Source: Polyangiales bacterium (GTDB lineage Bacteria > Myxococcota_A > Polyangia > Polyangiales > Houyiibacteriaceae). From it: a stretch of DNA of 50,779 nucleotides. Where the stretch lies: positions 1-50,779 of the forward strand of contig JBGCFM010000005.1 in assembly GCA_045106895.1 (NCBI GenBank), read 5' to 3'. The notes under the pieces were generated by a model, which made no database searches, was not told the origin of the DNA, and worked only from the letters and a program-made list of their open reading frames with translations. The position numbers were made by a program, and so were the translations under genes. Below are positions 1-9,301 of the stretch, in pieces (within the stretch, counting starts at the first letter, position 1; each line of letters starts with the position of its first letter).

Positions 1-375
1 CGTGCCGTCTTGAACCGTGCCGATTCCATCGACCCCGAGGCCGAAAAAAGGGACGAACTTGAGAATATCGAGGGTGTAGAACACCTCTGCCCCTGCTGTC
101 ATCACATGAAGGGACACATCGGCAGGGTGAAAATCGTAGGAGAGGCGGCCGCGAAACGTCCAAGCCGAGGTGAGTCCGACGCTAGCGCCGACCCCAACGG
201 CGATCCCCGCCACCGGCGCATTCTCGTTGGCCAGGACGAGTCCCGCCCCAATATCCGCCCCGAGCGTCCACTGATCCTCGTAGGCGTGGGCGCTTTCCAC
301 GGTGTTCCAAAGGGTCGCGCTAAGGCAAAGTGCGAGGATCGGCGCGATGGAGCGCCTTGGCCGGGTCCGGTTCAC
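1..375 (-). CDS. Outer-membrane beta-barrel-like protein, N-terminal part (runs off the left edge)
   Basis: My translation of the minus strand from GTG at 375 is open to the edge: MNRTRPRRSIAPILALCLSATLWNTVESAHA|YEDQWTLGADIGAGLV...WTFRGRLSYDFH...AEVFYTLDILKFVPFFGLGVDG. It has a signal peptide with an AxA site and alternating Gly/aromatic strands. Not in the ORF track because no stop lies in the window. Confidence 0.7.
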   Translation of the reverse strand, partial: MNRTRPRRSIAPILALCLSATLWNTVESAHAYEDQWTLGADIGAGLVLANENAPVAGIAVGVGASVGLTSAWTFRGRLSYDFHPADVSLHVMTAGAEVFYTLDILKFVPFFGLGVDGIGTVQDGT

Positions 376-509
376 ACCCGTTGCTAGCACAGCGGCCCAA
401 GAAGCCCTAAAAACGCCGAGCAAAGCGATGCCTTGGTGCGTTGACTCGCCCCAATGGCCATGCAAGCTTCCGGCGTCCCAAAAGAGCGCCAAGGCGCCAG
501 GAGCAGGCA

Positions 510-1679
510 GTGGCTGACGAGAACGAAAAAGAGCCCATCGAGACGGACGAGGAAGAAAACCTCGAAGAAACCGACACAGACGAGACGTCTGAGGATGAAG
601 CCGAGTACGAAGACGATTCCGAAGAGGAAGACGACGACTCCGAAGAGGAAGAGGAAGAGGAATCTTCCGCGTCCAGCAAAAAGGCCGCCGCTGCTGCGGC
701 CGCTGCGGCTGCCGTAGCGAAGCGAAAAAAGACCGGCCGCAAGAAGAAGGCGCCGAAGGAGACGGCGGGTCAGCGCCTCGCCAGAGCTAAGAAGCTCAAG
801 GCCGACCGCAAGGCTGCCGAGCGTCAAATCGAAGACGAAGTCGTCGAAGAGGCAGCCATCGAGCAGGCCGAAGTCGCAGCTTCATTCCTCGAGAAGAACC
901 AGAAGTCCATCGTGATGGGCATGGTCGGCATCGCCGTCGCCGCCGCGCTTTTCTTCGGCTACCAGAAGTTCGCCGAGGGAGCCACGGCGGAGTCCTCCGC
1001 AGCTCTTTGGGCCGCCGTCAGCACAGCGAACGCGGAGGTTGTCGCGGAAGAAGACGCCGCAGCGGACGCGAGCGACGCGCCAGAGCGAGAGACCTACGAG
1101 ACGATCCGTGCCCGCGCCGAAGCGGCTTTGGAGAAGTTTCGAGGCGTTCAGTCTGACTTCCCAGGATCCGATGCTGCGACCTACGCTGCGCTTGGTGAAG
1201 CGAACGCACTCTACGACACGGGCGAGTTCGCCGGGGCCCGCGAGGTCTACGAACGTGCTCTGAGCGCCGGTCAGGACGATGTGAACGTCGCGATCCGCGC
1301 CACCGAGGGCATCGCCTTCACCTTCGAAGCCGAAGACAACTGGGAGAGCGCGAAGGAGCGCTACGAGGAGTTGAAGGACGTCGACCATCCCCAGGCGGAG
1401 CCCCTCGCACGTCTCCACCTTGCCCGTTGCGCGCTTCATGACGAGGACGAAGAGGCCGCGAAGACCGAGCTTCGTACCCTCCTTGAGAATCTCCGAGAAG
1501 AGGACGCACCACAGCTTCCGTACGTCCGGGACCAGGCCGAGCTTCGTCTCATGGCCCTCGACAGCTCCCTCGTTCAGCGTGCTCCAGATCTCGGCGGCGG
1601 CCTCCAGGGCGCACCCGAAGATCTCCAGCGTCAGATCCAGGAGCTCATGCGCCAGCAGCAAGAGCAGCAGGGCCAGTAA
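510..1679 (+). CDS. YfgM-like membrane-anchored TPR protein with a long charged N-terminal extension
   Basis: GTG at 510 with AGGAG at 499-503. One TM helix (IVMGMVGIAVAAALFFGY) followed by TPR-like helices. Lies directly upstream of a bamB-like gene, as in the known yfgM-bamB arrangement. Confidence 0.7.
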   Translation: MADENEKEPIETDEEENLEETDTDETSEDEAEYEDDSEEEDDDSEEEEEEESSASSKKAAAAAAAAAAVAKRKKTGRKKKAPKETAGQRLARAKKLKADRKAAERQIEDEVVEEAAIEQAEVAASFLEKNQKSIVMGMVGIAVAAALFFGYQKFAEGATAESSAALWAAVSTANAEVVAEEDAAADASDAPERETYETIRARAEAALEKFRGVQSDFPGSDAATYAALGEANALYDTGEFAGAREVYERALSAGQDDVNVAIRATEGIAFTFEAEDNWESAKERYEELKDVDHPQAEPLARLHLARCALHDEDEEAAKTELRTLLENLREEDAPQLPYVRDQAELRLMALDSSLVQRAPDLGGGLQGAPEDLQRQIQELMRQQQEQQGQ

Positions 1680-1684
1680 GAACC

Positions 1685-2845
1685 ATGCTTCGTTTTGCGT
1701 TGGCTGTCGCGCTCCTCTGCTCCGCCTGCAGTGGGCTCTTTGAGCCGAATGGTGTGCGGTGGATCGATGGAAGTGATGAGTCGCGCATCCACCACAGCTC
1801 GGTTCTGAACGTACGCTGGACCAAGCAGCTCGCCGAAGAGCAGGGCGGCCCCTACGTGCCGGTGGAGAACGCCAGCGCGGCGTTCGATCCGATTCGAAAC
1901 CGGGTCTATATCGGCTCGGCGGACGGTCGCTTCTACGCCTTCGGCAGCAGCGGCCGCCAGTTCTTCCATTACGATCCCGGCGCCGGAATCGAATCTGCGG
2001 CGGCCGTCGACACCACGCTCGGTCGCATCTTCTTGGCAGCCGAGGACGGCCGTGTTCACGCTTTGGAGCCCGACGGCGAAGTCCGCTGGGTTGAGAGCGC
2101 CGAGGGGCCAGTTCGGCAGTCGCCACTCTTAGGCGACGAGGTCCTCTACCTCACACGCGAAGACGACGCCGTCGTGGCCATGAACCGCGAGAACGGCGAG
2201 ATATTCTGGACTTACAAGCGCGAAGGCACCGTCGAGTTCAGCATTTCGGGTCATGCTGGCCTGATGATGGCGGCTGGGTACCTCATCACAGGGTTCTCGG
2301 ACGGAACCGTCGTCGCTCTCAATCCCGCCGATGGAACCGTCGCCTGGGAACGGACAACGGCGGTCGATGTGGAGCCAGAGGAAGGCGAAACACGGCAGTT
2401 CTTCGACGCCGACGCAACCCCCGTTTTACACGGCGGAGTCCTCTACGCAGCAGGTTTCTCCGCAGGTCTCTACGCCTTGGACCCCGCGAGCGGAACGGTG
2501 CTCTGGCGGGAACCTGAGCTCAAGACCATTACGGGCCTCGCCGCCTCCGGTCGGATGCTCATCACCACGAGCGCCCAAGATGGCGTCCGCTGCTTCGACC
2601 TCCAGCGCCGAGAGGTCGCGTGGTCGAGCCCCATCGAGAACGGTGCGCCAAGTACTCCCGTCATCGCGACCCCTTATGTTCTCGTCGGAGAAGCCCTGGG
2701 TTCCCTCCGCGCGCTTCGCATTCAGAACGGTGGTGAGGTATCGAGAATCGACCTGGGAACAGGGTTCTCGGGCGCGCCCCTCGCATATGGCCGCTACGGC
2801 TTTGTGATTTCGAACGGTGGCCGACTCGTCGCCTTTGTCATCTAA
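1685..2845 (+). CDS. bamB: BamB-like PQQ-repeat beta-propeller lipoprotein
   Basis: Lipobox LLCSA|C; repeated motifs such as VYIGSADGRFYAF, DGRVHALEPDGEVRW and LYALDPASGTVLW; synteny with the yfgM-like gene. Confidence 0.7.
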   Translation: MLRFALAVALLCSACSGLFEPNGVRWIDGSDESRIHHSSVLNVRWTKQLAEEQGGPYVPVENASAAFDPIRNRVYIGSADGRFYAFGSSGRQFFHYDPGAGIESAAAVDTTLGRIFLAAEDGRVHALEPDGEVRWVESAEGPVRQSPLLGDEVLYLTREDDAVVAMNRENGEIFWTYKREGTVEFSISGHAGLMMAAGYLITGFSDGTVVALNPADGTVAWERTTAVDVEPEEGETRQFFDADATPVLHGGVLYAAGFSAGLYALDPASGTVLWREPELKTITGLAASGRMLITTSAQDGVRCFDLQRREVAWSSPIENGAPSTPVIATPYVLVGEALGSLRALRIQNGGEVSRIDLGTGFSGAPLAYGRYGFVISNGGRLVAFVI

Positions 2846-2846
2846 G

Positions 2847-3263
2847 CTAGAAAGGCTCGCCCAAAGCCTCAAGGCGGGCGGGCCGCGATTCTCGGAACGC
2901 CAGTAGCACGTAGGTATCCTCGCCAACGGCGAAGACCTCTTCATTTCCGTGAACTGCGAGCACCGCACCGAAGGCCTCGATGAGCGCCTCGATGTCCTCA
3001 TACTCCTCGAGGTGAAAATCCAGCTCGATCTCAAGCGCTTGAGCCAGGAGCCTCATACGACGCTCAAAAGCTTCCGGATCCGTTTCGTGAAACTCGTTGA
3101 ACATGAGGACTCGCGCCTCCACGCACGCGGCATCGTTGTCCTGTTCAAACCCGTAGGTCTCGTCCAGCGCCGCCATCAGATCGAAAGCGCTGTTGGTCGC
3201 GGGCATCTCGGCGTGCTCAAGGCCTAACTCTTCAAAGAGGTTCATGCGCTCGCTTTTACTCAC
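2847..3263 (-). CDS. Acidic hypothetical protein
   Basis: 138-aa ORF with protein-like composition that fills the gap between bamB and pilB. Confidence 0.55.
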   Translation of the reverse strand: MSKSERMNLFEELGLEHAEMPATNSAFDLMAALDETYGFEQDNDAACVEARVLMFNEFHETDPEAFERRMRLLAQALEIELDFHLEEYEDIEALIEAFGAVLAVHGNEEVFAVGEDTYVLLAFRESRPARLEALGEPF

Positions 3264-3299
3264 CTAAAGCCATCTGCACCAGTAGTCGTTGAACTCGAT

Positions 3300-5114
3300 G
3301 TGTCTACCGCGCCGCATCTCGTACCTCTACCGCCTTCACTTCCGCCAGAGGCACTGGTCAAAAAGCCCAAACGAAAGCTCCGTTTGGGCGAACTATTGGT
3401 CAAAGCTGGCGTCGTTGACGACGCCGCTGTGGAGCGGGCTCTGGCCGTTCAGAAGATGGGGGGAGGGCGTCTAGGGTCCGTTCTCGTCAAACTCAAGCTC
3501 TGCACGGAGGCGCAGATTCAAGGTGCGCTGTCCCAGCAGCTCGATGTGGATGTGGTGGAACTGACCAAGTTCGAACCAGAACCAGGTGTTCTAGGGCTAA
3601 TTCCACGGGCCCTTGTGCGCAAATATGAAGCGGTTCCGCTGCGCAAAGAGGGCACCACGGTCTGGGTAGCCATGATGGACCCGTACAACCTCACGGCCAT
3701 CGACGATATTCGATTCTGTACGGGCGCAGGCAAGCTCGTCGTGATGACCTGCACGGAGGGCGCGTTTCGAGCCTTCGTCAAGGAGCACCTTGAGACGCAG
3801 GTTCTCATCGACGAGATCATGGAGGGCGGTGACTTCTACGAGAAAGCGATCGGATCCATCGATGGCGAAGAAGAATCCGCCAAGCGAGCGAACGCTTCGG
3901 AGGACACGGAAATCGTCCACGACCTACGTATCGCTGGCGAACAACCACCCATCATCACGCTCTGCAATTTTCTCTTGGTGGAATCCATCAACCGCGGAGC
4001 GAGCGATATCCACGTCGAACCTTACGAGACCTATTTTCGCGTTCGGCTTCGAATCGATGGGCGACTCCAGACGCTGCTCACACCTCCACAGCGATTGCAC
4101 AGCCCGATGATCACTCGGTTCAAAGTCATCGCGGATATGGACATCGCGAAACGCCGAATTCCGCAGGACGGACACATTGGCATTACGTTTCAAGGTGAGA
4201 CTTGCCACTACCGCGTCTCGACGCTGCCGACGGTCTACGGAGAAAAGTGCGTCATTCGTCTACTCAAGAAGTCTGCGGCGCTGGCGTCCGTCGACAGCTT
4301 AGGATTCGAGGAATCTGACCTAAAGGCGTACAAACGAGCTCTGCACGCGCCTCAAGGCATCGTTTTGGTGACGGGGCCAACAGGGAGCGGAAAGACCACC
4401 ACGCTTCACGCAGGTCTCTCAGCTATCAACGACCCAGAGGTCAACATCGTGACCCTTGAGGACCCGGTGGAGGCGAGCCTGAGCGGCGTGAACCACGTTC
4501 AGGTGCACGAGGCGGCGGGCGTCACGTTCTCCAGTGGGCTTCGCTCAATTCTGCGCCAAGACCCAGACGTGGTCTTCGTCGGCGAAATGCGAGACCCAGA
4601 AGTCAGCGCCATCGCCGTCAAAGCTGCGCTGACGGGCCATCTGGTCCTCAGCACGCTGCACACAAACAGCGCCGCTGAATCACTGACACGGCTCGCGGAT
4701 ATGGGCGTCGCTCGATACCTGCTGGCCAACGCGCTCACGATGGTCGTCGCCCAACGCCTCCTGCGACGTGTGTGCGAGTCCTGTGCGCAGCCATACACGC
4801 CAACGGAGTCCGAGGTCGACGCGCTTTCACTGAGTAACGAAGACATCGAGAACGCGAATTTCCGATTGGGCGCCGGCAAAGGATGCAGTGCCTGTTACGA
4901 GACCGGATACAAAGGACGCGTCGCCGTCTACGAGATCCTTCGGGTGACGCGACCAATACGAACCGCAATTCGAAACGAAGCGTCCGTGGATGAAATCGTG
5001 GACATCGCGCGCAGCGAAGGGATGACTTTGCTCTTCGAAGCTGGCGTCAAACGAGCACTCCAAGGGGAAACCTCCGTAAAGGAGGTCGAACGAGCGCTGA
5101 GCGATATGCGCTAG
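3300..5114 (+). CDS. pilB: PilB/GspE-family secretion/pilus assembly ATPase with N-terminal MshEN domain
   Basis: ASDIHVEP, Walker A GPTGSGKTT, LEDPVE Asp box, LRQDPDVVFVGEMRD, TGHLVLSTLH His box, CESC...CSAC Zn motif, and tandem RLG motifs at the N-terminus. Confidence 0.85.
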   Translation: MSTAPHLVPLPPSLPPEALVKKPKRKLRLGELLVKAGVVDDAAVERALAVQKMGGGRLGSVLVKLKLCTEAQIQGALSQQLDVDVVELTKFEPEPGVLGLIPRALVRKYEAVPLRKEGTTVWVAMMDPYNLTAIDDIRFCTGAGKLVVMTCTEGAFRAFVKEHLETQVLIDEIMEGGDFYEKAIGSIDGEEESAKRANASEDTEIVHDLRIAGEQPPIITLCNFLLVESINRGASDIHVEPYETYFRVRLRIDGRLQTLLTPPQRLHSPMITRFKVIADMDIAKRRIPQDGHIGITFQGETCHYRVSTLPTVYGEKCVIRLLKKSAALASVDSLGFEESDLKAYKRALHAPQGIVLVTGPTGSGKTTTLHAGLSAINDPEVNIVTLEDPVEASLSGVNHVQVHEAAGVTFSSGLRSILRQDPDVVFVGEMRDPEVSAIAVKAALTGHLVLSTLHTNSAAESLTRLADMGVARYLLANALTMVVAQRLLRRVCESCAQPYTPTESEVDALSLSNEDIENANFRLGAGKGCSACYETGYKGRVAVYEILRVTRPIRTAIRNEASVDEIVDIARSEGMTLLFEAGVKRALQGETSVKEVERALSDMR

Positions 5115-5139
5115 GCCCCACGGTCAAACCCCACACAAC

Positions 5140-5167
5140 GTTTCGCATAATATAGATTATGTAAACT
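5140..5167. other. dif: dif site (XerC/XerD chromosome dimer resolution site)
   Basis: GTTTCGCATAA-TATAGA-TTATGTAAACT has the 11-6-11 layout. The left arm matches the E. coli XerC arm GGTGCGCATAA at 9/11. The right arm equals the B. subtilis-type XerD arm TTATGTAAACT. It sits in an AT-rich gap between convergent genes. Confidence 0.88.
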
Positions 5168-5212
5168 TTTGATTCAATGTTCACAGAGTGCCTGCTGGTC
5201 CGCCAGCCGATC

Positions 5213-7684
5213 TCAATCTCCCCCCTGTTCTCCCACATCAAGGCTTCGGAGCGGCTGAGATGAGTCGGCGACGACGAAGGCGCCACGCAGCTCGGATGTC
5301 TTGAAGCATTCGCCCGCTGGTGGGTTCAACCGGACCGCATCGCCAACCTGGACCCCGAGAAACACACAACCACGGTCCATCAGGTGGTCACGGATGGCAG
5401 CGGCGCTCACTTCTCCATCCTCGTCGACTTGAGCGCTAGCCGGGACAAACCCGAGGTCCGCTCCGCGTTTTCCAAGGAGCTGCTCATAGAGGCCCATGAC
5501 TCCGGGAACGAAGGCGCTGTGCACCAGGAAGTAGTTTGTGATCTCTGAGGTGCTGACAGGTGTCACTTCGAGACGGCCACCGCTCAGTCGCTCAACGTTC
5601 GTCTTTAGCGTCTGACCACGGCGGAGTTCATCGACCTCCACCAACATAGTGAGAGGCGTCGAGCGCTCAGGTTGCTGGAGCTGGAGGAAGGCGCGGACAA
5701 AACGTAGGACTCGAAGCTCGGTGGTGGCGTCTAAGTCTCTGGGGGACTCGTCGCGGCTCGCGAGAAACACGAGAGCTTCCGTGGTCTCCACAACGGACTC
5801 GGACGCCGCGAGCGCAAGGTCTTGTGCCTCACGAACCTTGCAGTGCCCTTCTCCCTCGAGTTCGCCCTCGAGCCGAAGCCGCGTTGCGTCGCCATCTTTG
5901 ACCAGGAGTTGAACACGCACCCCAGGAACAAACTTCGCGAGCGCCATGACCAAGGCGTCGATGCTCTGGTTCTGCCCGACGATGAGCACACGACTCGGAC
6001 CATCATAGAGCCCTTGGTCGCCGAAAACCCTGTCCGCGCGTTGACGGTGTCCGGCTTCCAAGGACTCCAGCTGCGCCGCCGACCACAGGGAGCGTGCAGC
6101 CCGACGCAGCGGCAAATAGGTAGGTGCGAGGCCAAAGACGCCTTGGAGACGGTCCGCTTGGATCGTGTCTGCGGAGCCCGGCGCGTGAGGGTTCATGAGG
6201 GATTCAAGGTGACTCACGGAGACGAGTTCGTGGTCGCGGCGTTCGGCGAGTTCGTCGGCGACAAATGCACCAACAAGCGTGACCCCGTGCTTGTCATGCA
6301 TGCGTTGAGCAAGCTCTTTGACCGAGAGTTCTCTATTCTCGAGCCCTCGCATCGCCTTGTGCTCTTCTGCGTCCGCGTAAAGATGTGTGTACATCTCGTT
6401 CCCATCGGCACTCATCAGCTCTGCGAAGACATCCGCAGCGGCGGGCACCGTCAGATGGTGTGCGATGAAGAGCCCGACAAAGCGCGGTCCATCCAGAACG
6501 AAGGTCCCAGGTCCGCCAACCGCCTCCGCGACGCTGGCGTGGCTGCTCTCGGTCACTTCAACGAAAGCATCCGCGGCTGGGTTCATTGCGCGAAAAGCCG
6601 CCAGTGCGGAGATGGTGCGCGCATCGGCATCTTCCCCATCGCTCGCCAGCAGAATCGCGCGTTTTGCCCCCGGCGCGCCGACGCGGAGCAGGGAATCCTG
6701 GTCATTGGCTTTTCCATGACGATGCACGACCCAGCGCATGTGGGCTTCATACAAGAACGATGGCAGCTCTTCGCTTTCCCCGAGGAGCGTAATACGAGGC
6801 AGCGCGTGTCTTCGCGGACGTGGGTCGATGCCTCGAAGCCAGCGCCAAACCTCTCTGGGGCGAATGCGACGGAGGGCTCTGTTCTTCTCGTAAATCCGCA
6901 CGAACTCCTCGACCATCGACTCGGAGTTGTGGACCGGACCGGCGATAAGCGTGTGGCCCTCATATTCTACAGGCCGGCGCTTCTCCGCCGCGAGAACCTG
7001 CTCCACGATGGTCGTTCCAAGGCCGATGAGGTACGAGAATACGAAGATGCCGACGATGGTCAGCGTGAGGCTGAGGGCAACAAAGCCCGGATGAGCGTTG
7101 AGGCTCGGCACTAGGTTGTCTGGGCTCTCAACCTGCCGGAACGCCCACCACATACGGTCCCAGAAGCCGCCTCCCTCGATGAGACCCGGTACGTGCAGGT
7201 TGTGCAGGAGCACCGCGGACACAAACGAGAGCCCTGCGACGGCGCCGGTCACAAAGAGCAGCTGCTGGACCTGCTCCCGGCGCGTCAGGACTCGATAGAC
7301 ATCACGAGCGAGCGCCCGTGTGAAACGCGCGAGGACGACGAGTCGAGCGAGACGTGCGGCGCGAAGAACCTCTGGTGGGATGCCGAGCCAGGCCGCGGGC
7401 AAGAAGCTCAAGAGCGCCACAAAATCGATGACCAAAAAGCCGGCTTCGGTCTTCGGGCGAGCGACGTGTCCTTTGAAGAGGAGGACAACTCGAAGCACGA
7501 ACTCGGCTCCGAAGAGCACCAACAGAAGCGGCGCCAACACCACCTCGACGGTGTGGTACGGCAGCAGGGAAATAATGATCGCGAGGGCCAGGATGACACG
7601 GACGACGCGCGACTCGATGACACGTCGCAAACGAACCCAGTCGTCCCTCTGCGGAGTGTCAGCCCGACGCTCCTCCAAGCTCAC
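5213..7684 (-). CDS. 6TM cation channel with voltage-sensor-like S1-S4, CASTOR/POLLUX-like pore and tandem RCK domains
   Basis: S2 LFGAEFVLR, S3 VIDFVALLSFLP, S4 LRAARLARLVVLAR, pore FWDRMWWAFRQVESPDNL, S6, then RCK motifs GHTLIAG, AKRAILLA, FAELMSADGNEMY, RVLIVG and VRLNPP. Confidence 0.7.
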   Translation of the reverse strand: MSLEERRADTPQRDDWVRLRRVIESRVVRVILALAIIISLLPYHTVEVVLAPLLLVLFGAEFVLRVVLLFKGHVARPKTEAGFLVIDFVALLSFLPAAWLGIPPEVLRAARLARLVVLARFTRALARDVYRVLTRREQVQQLLFVTGAVAGLSFVSAVLLHNLHVPGLIEGGGFWDRMWWAFRQVESPDNLVPSLNAHPGFVALSLTLTIVGIFVFSYLIGLGTTIVEQVLAAEKRRPVEYEGHTLIAGPVHNSESMVEEFVRIYEKNRALRRIRPREVWRWLRGIDPRPRRHALPRITLLGESEELPSFLYEAHMRWVVHRHGKANDQDSLLRVGAPGAKRAILLASDGEDADARTISALAAFRAMNPAADAFVEVTESSHASVAEAVGGPGTFVLDGPRFVGLFIAHHLTVPAAADVFAELMSADGNEMYTHLYADAEEHKAMRGLENRELSVKELAQRMHDKHGVTLVGAFVADELAERRDHELVSVSHLESLMNPHAPGSADTIQADRLQGVFGLAPTYLPLRRAARSLWSAAQLESLEAGHRQRADRVFGDQGLYDGPSRVLIVGQNQSIDALVMALAKFVPGVRVQLLVKDGDATRLRLEGELEGEGHCKVREAQDLALAASESVVETTEALVFLASRDESPRDLDATTELRVLRFVRAFLQLQQPERSTPLTMLVEVDELRRGQTLKTNVERLSGGRLEVTPVSTSEITNYFLVHSAFVPGVMGLYEQLLGKRGADLGFVPASAQVDEDGEVSAAAIRDHLMDRGCVFLGVQVGDAVRLNPPAGECFKTSELRGAFVVADSSQPLRSLDVGEQGGD

Positions 7685-8244
7685 GTGTTCTTCTCCTTGC
7701 CGAGCAAGAGTCCAAAGAGTGGCGTCGCATCCACGCGGCCCTTGTCGACGAGCACGTCGATAAACTGAAGTCCGAGGCGAGCCAGGTCGAGAAGCTGGCG
7801 AATACGCGCGACCTGGTGCTGAGCCTTCACCCGTTCGTCAGCCCGCTTGGTGCCCTTGGCTTTCCGCATCGCATAGTCGAGGGCTTCTTCCATCGCGTCG
7901 ATGGCGTCTTCGATCTCCACGCGCTCTCGTTCCCGGAACACGCCGGAGATCATCTTCCAGAACCGAACTTCCGCTTCGTAGTAGTCGCGACGTTCACCAG
8001 GCAACCACGTCTTTTTGACGACGCCCCAACGAATAAGCTCTTGGACCGTCATGGACACGGCGCCACTGGATATCTGGAGCTTCGACTGAAGCTGAACCGA
8101 CGTCAGTGGCGCGCCGTGTAGATAGAGAAGCCCCCAGATACGTCCGAGGTTGCGCTTGAAGCCCCAAAACTCGATGAGGCGACCCACTGCATCGCTGAGC
8201 AAGCGCTCGCTGTCCCAAATCGAATCCTCCACGTCCTCTGGCAC
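7681..8244 (-). CDS. GbsR/MarR-family transcriptional regulator
   Basis: GRLIEFWGFKRNLGRIWGLLYL...LQISSGAVSMTVQELIRWGVVKK...RRDYYEAE winged HTH. Start reassigned to GTG 8244, just after the upstream stop at 8249. Confidence 0.8.
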   Translation of the reverse strand: MPEDVEDSIWDSERLLSDAVGRLIEFWGFKRNLGRIWGLLYLHGAPLTSVQLQSKLQISSGAVSMTVQELIRWGVVKKTWLPGERRDYYEAEVRFWKMISGVFRERERVEIEDAIDAMEEALDYAMRKAKGTKRADERVKAQHQVARIRQLLDLARLGLQFIDVLVDKGRVDATPLFGLLLGKEKNT

Positions 8245-8248
8245 TGCC

Positions 8249-9301
8249 CTACTCCGCTTCAGGTTCTGGAGGGAGCGCCTGGACGGTGAAGCCGTCGTAG
8301 GCCGCGCCTTCATCTTCATCCGCCGCGGCGAAGGCGACAATTCGCATTCCGTTTTCCTCGAGCGCCTGCAAGACGATGGGAAGCACCAGGGTACCTTCAG
8401 GCGTCTCATCAGGAGCCTGTGCGCCCTCAACCTCAGACACCGCAATCGGACGAATCGGTTCCAGGGCCGCGTCAACGCCCGCCGCCGTTGGCATCGACTC
8501 ACGAAGCAAGGTGGCGATTCGGGTCAGCGCCCACTCGATCGCCACCTGTCGGCTCTCGGGATCCGCATCAAGGATGGGCTCCTGATTCTCAAGTTCGTAC
8601 CAACGAGAGAATCCGCGCTGCGGCATCAGAAGTTCCGCTCCCACGAGTCGCTCGCTGTCCAAGTGGAGACGAAGCTGCAGCCGAATCTGGCGGTCGATGC
8701 GGGTTTGCCCAGGAACTGCGATGGCGTAGTCCAGAGCATAGAATTTCACACACTCGCTCTGTGAGCAGCGAGGACGAGGGTCTGCCTGAAACGCGTCGTT
8801 GAAGGTCTGATTCGACACGACGACTTCGCTCATTGGCGTGTCCCAGTCTTCAACGCTCAGCAGAACACGACTCCAAAACGCAACGGCCTGCGCCGCCCAC
8901 ATACGACGCGAAAGAAGGAGCGCTTCTCGACGCTCACGTTCGATCCGTTGTCTCGCCTCCACGTCTCGTTGGCGAGCCGCCTCAAGCTCGGCGAAAGCGT
9001 TTTGTCGCTGCTCGGCTTCGGCAGAGAAGCGTCCATTTGGAAACACCTCCATGTACATCTGTAGGCCTTCGGGGGTCTCCTTTGCGTCGGCGAAATATGC
9101 CTGCTCGCGCGCTGCATGTTCCGCTTCTACTTCGTCTCGCCAGTGCCCGTTCGGTTGGTTCTCAAGATAACGGTTCATCGCCGCAAGCTCATCGTCGAGG
9201 CTCTCGGCGAGCCGATATGAGCGGTAGTCTGCGTAGTCACCACGAGAGGCGAACGTCGCGCAGCCCGCCACAAGGCAGAGGCACATGAGTCGCAGGATCA
9301 T
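8249..9301 (-). CDS. Lipoprotein of unknown function (helical repeats of the YL..xP.G.[FW]..EA type)
   Basis: ATG 9301 overlaps the upstream stop (ATGA). Lipobox LVAG|C; motifs YLENQPNGHWRDE and YMEVFPNGRFSAEA. Confidence 0.65.
   Translation of the reverse strand: MILRLMCLCLVAGCATFASRGDYADYRSYRLAESLDDELAAMNRYLENQPNGHWRDEVEAEHAAREQAYFADAKETPEGLQMYMEVFPNGRFSAEAEQRQNAFAELEAARQRDVEARQRIERERREALLLSRRMWAAQAVAFWSRVLLSVEDWDTPMSEVVVSNQTFNDAFQADPRPRCSQSECVKFYALDYAIAVPGQTRIDRQIRLQLRLHLDSERLVGAELLMPQRGFSRWYELENQEPILDADPESRQVAIEWALTRIATLLRESMPTAAGVDAALEPIRPIAVSEVEGAQAPDETPEGTLVLPIVLQALEENGMRIVAFAAADEDEGAAYDGFTVQALPPEPEAE

Noticed and set aside
10..387. Plus-strand 125-aa ORF in the track
   Set aside because: It is the shadow of the minus-strand beta-barrel gene, which has a signal peptide and coherent strands.
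2847..5213. Xer-integrated mobile element or prophage at dif
   Set aside because: No second dif-like site, recombinase, replication or phage gene was seen, and the flanks look chromosomal.
5822..7114. Long antisense ORFs (also 882-2126, 22145-23485, 33304-34494, 43531-44916)
   Set aside because: They lie opposite well-supported genes and have no recognisable motifs; such ORFs are expected in high-GC DNA.
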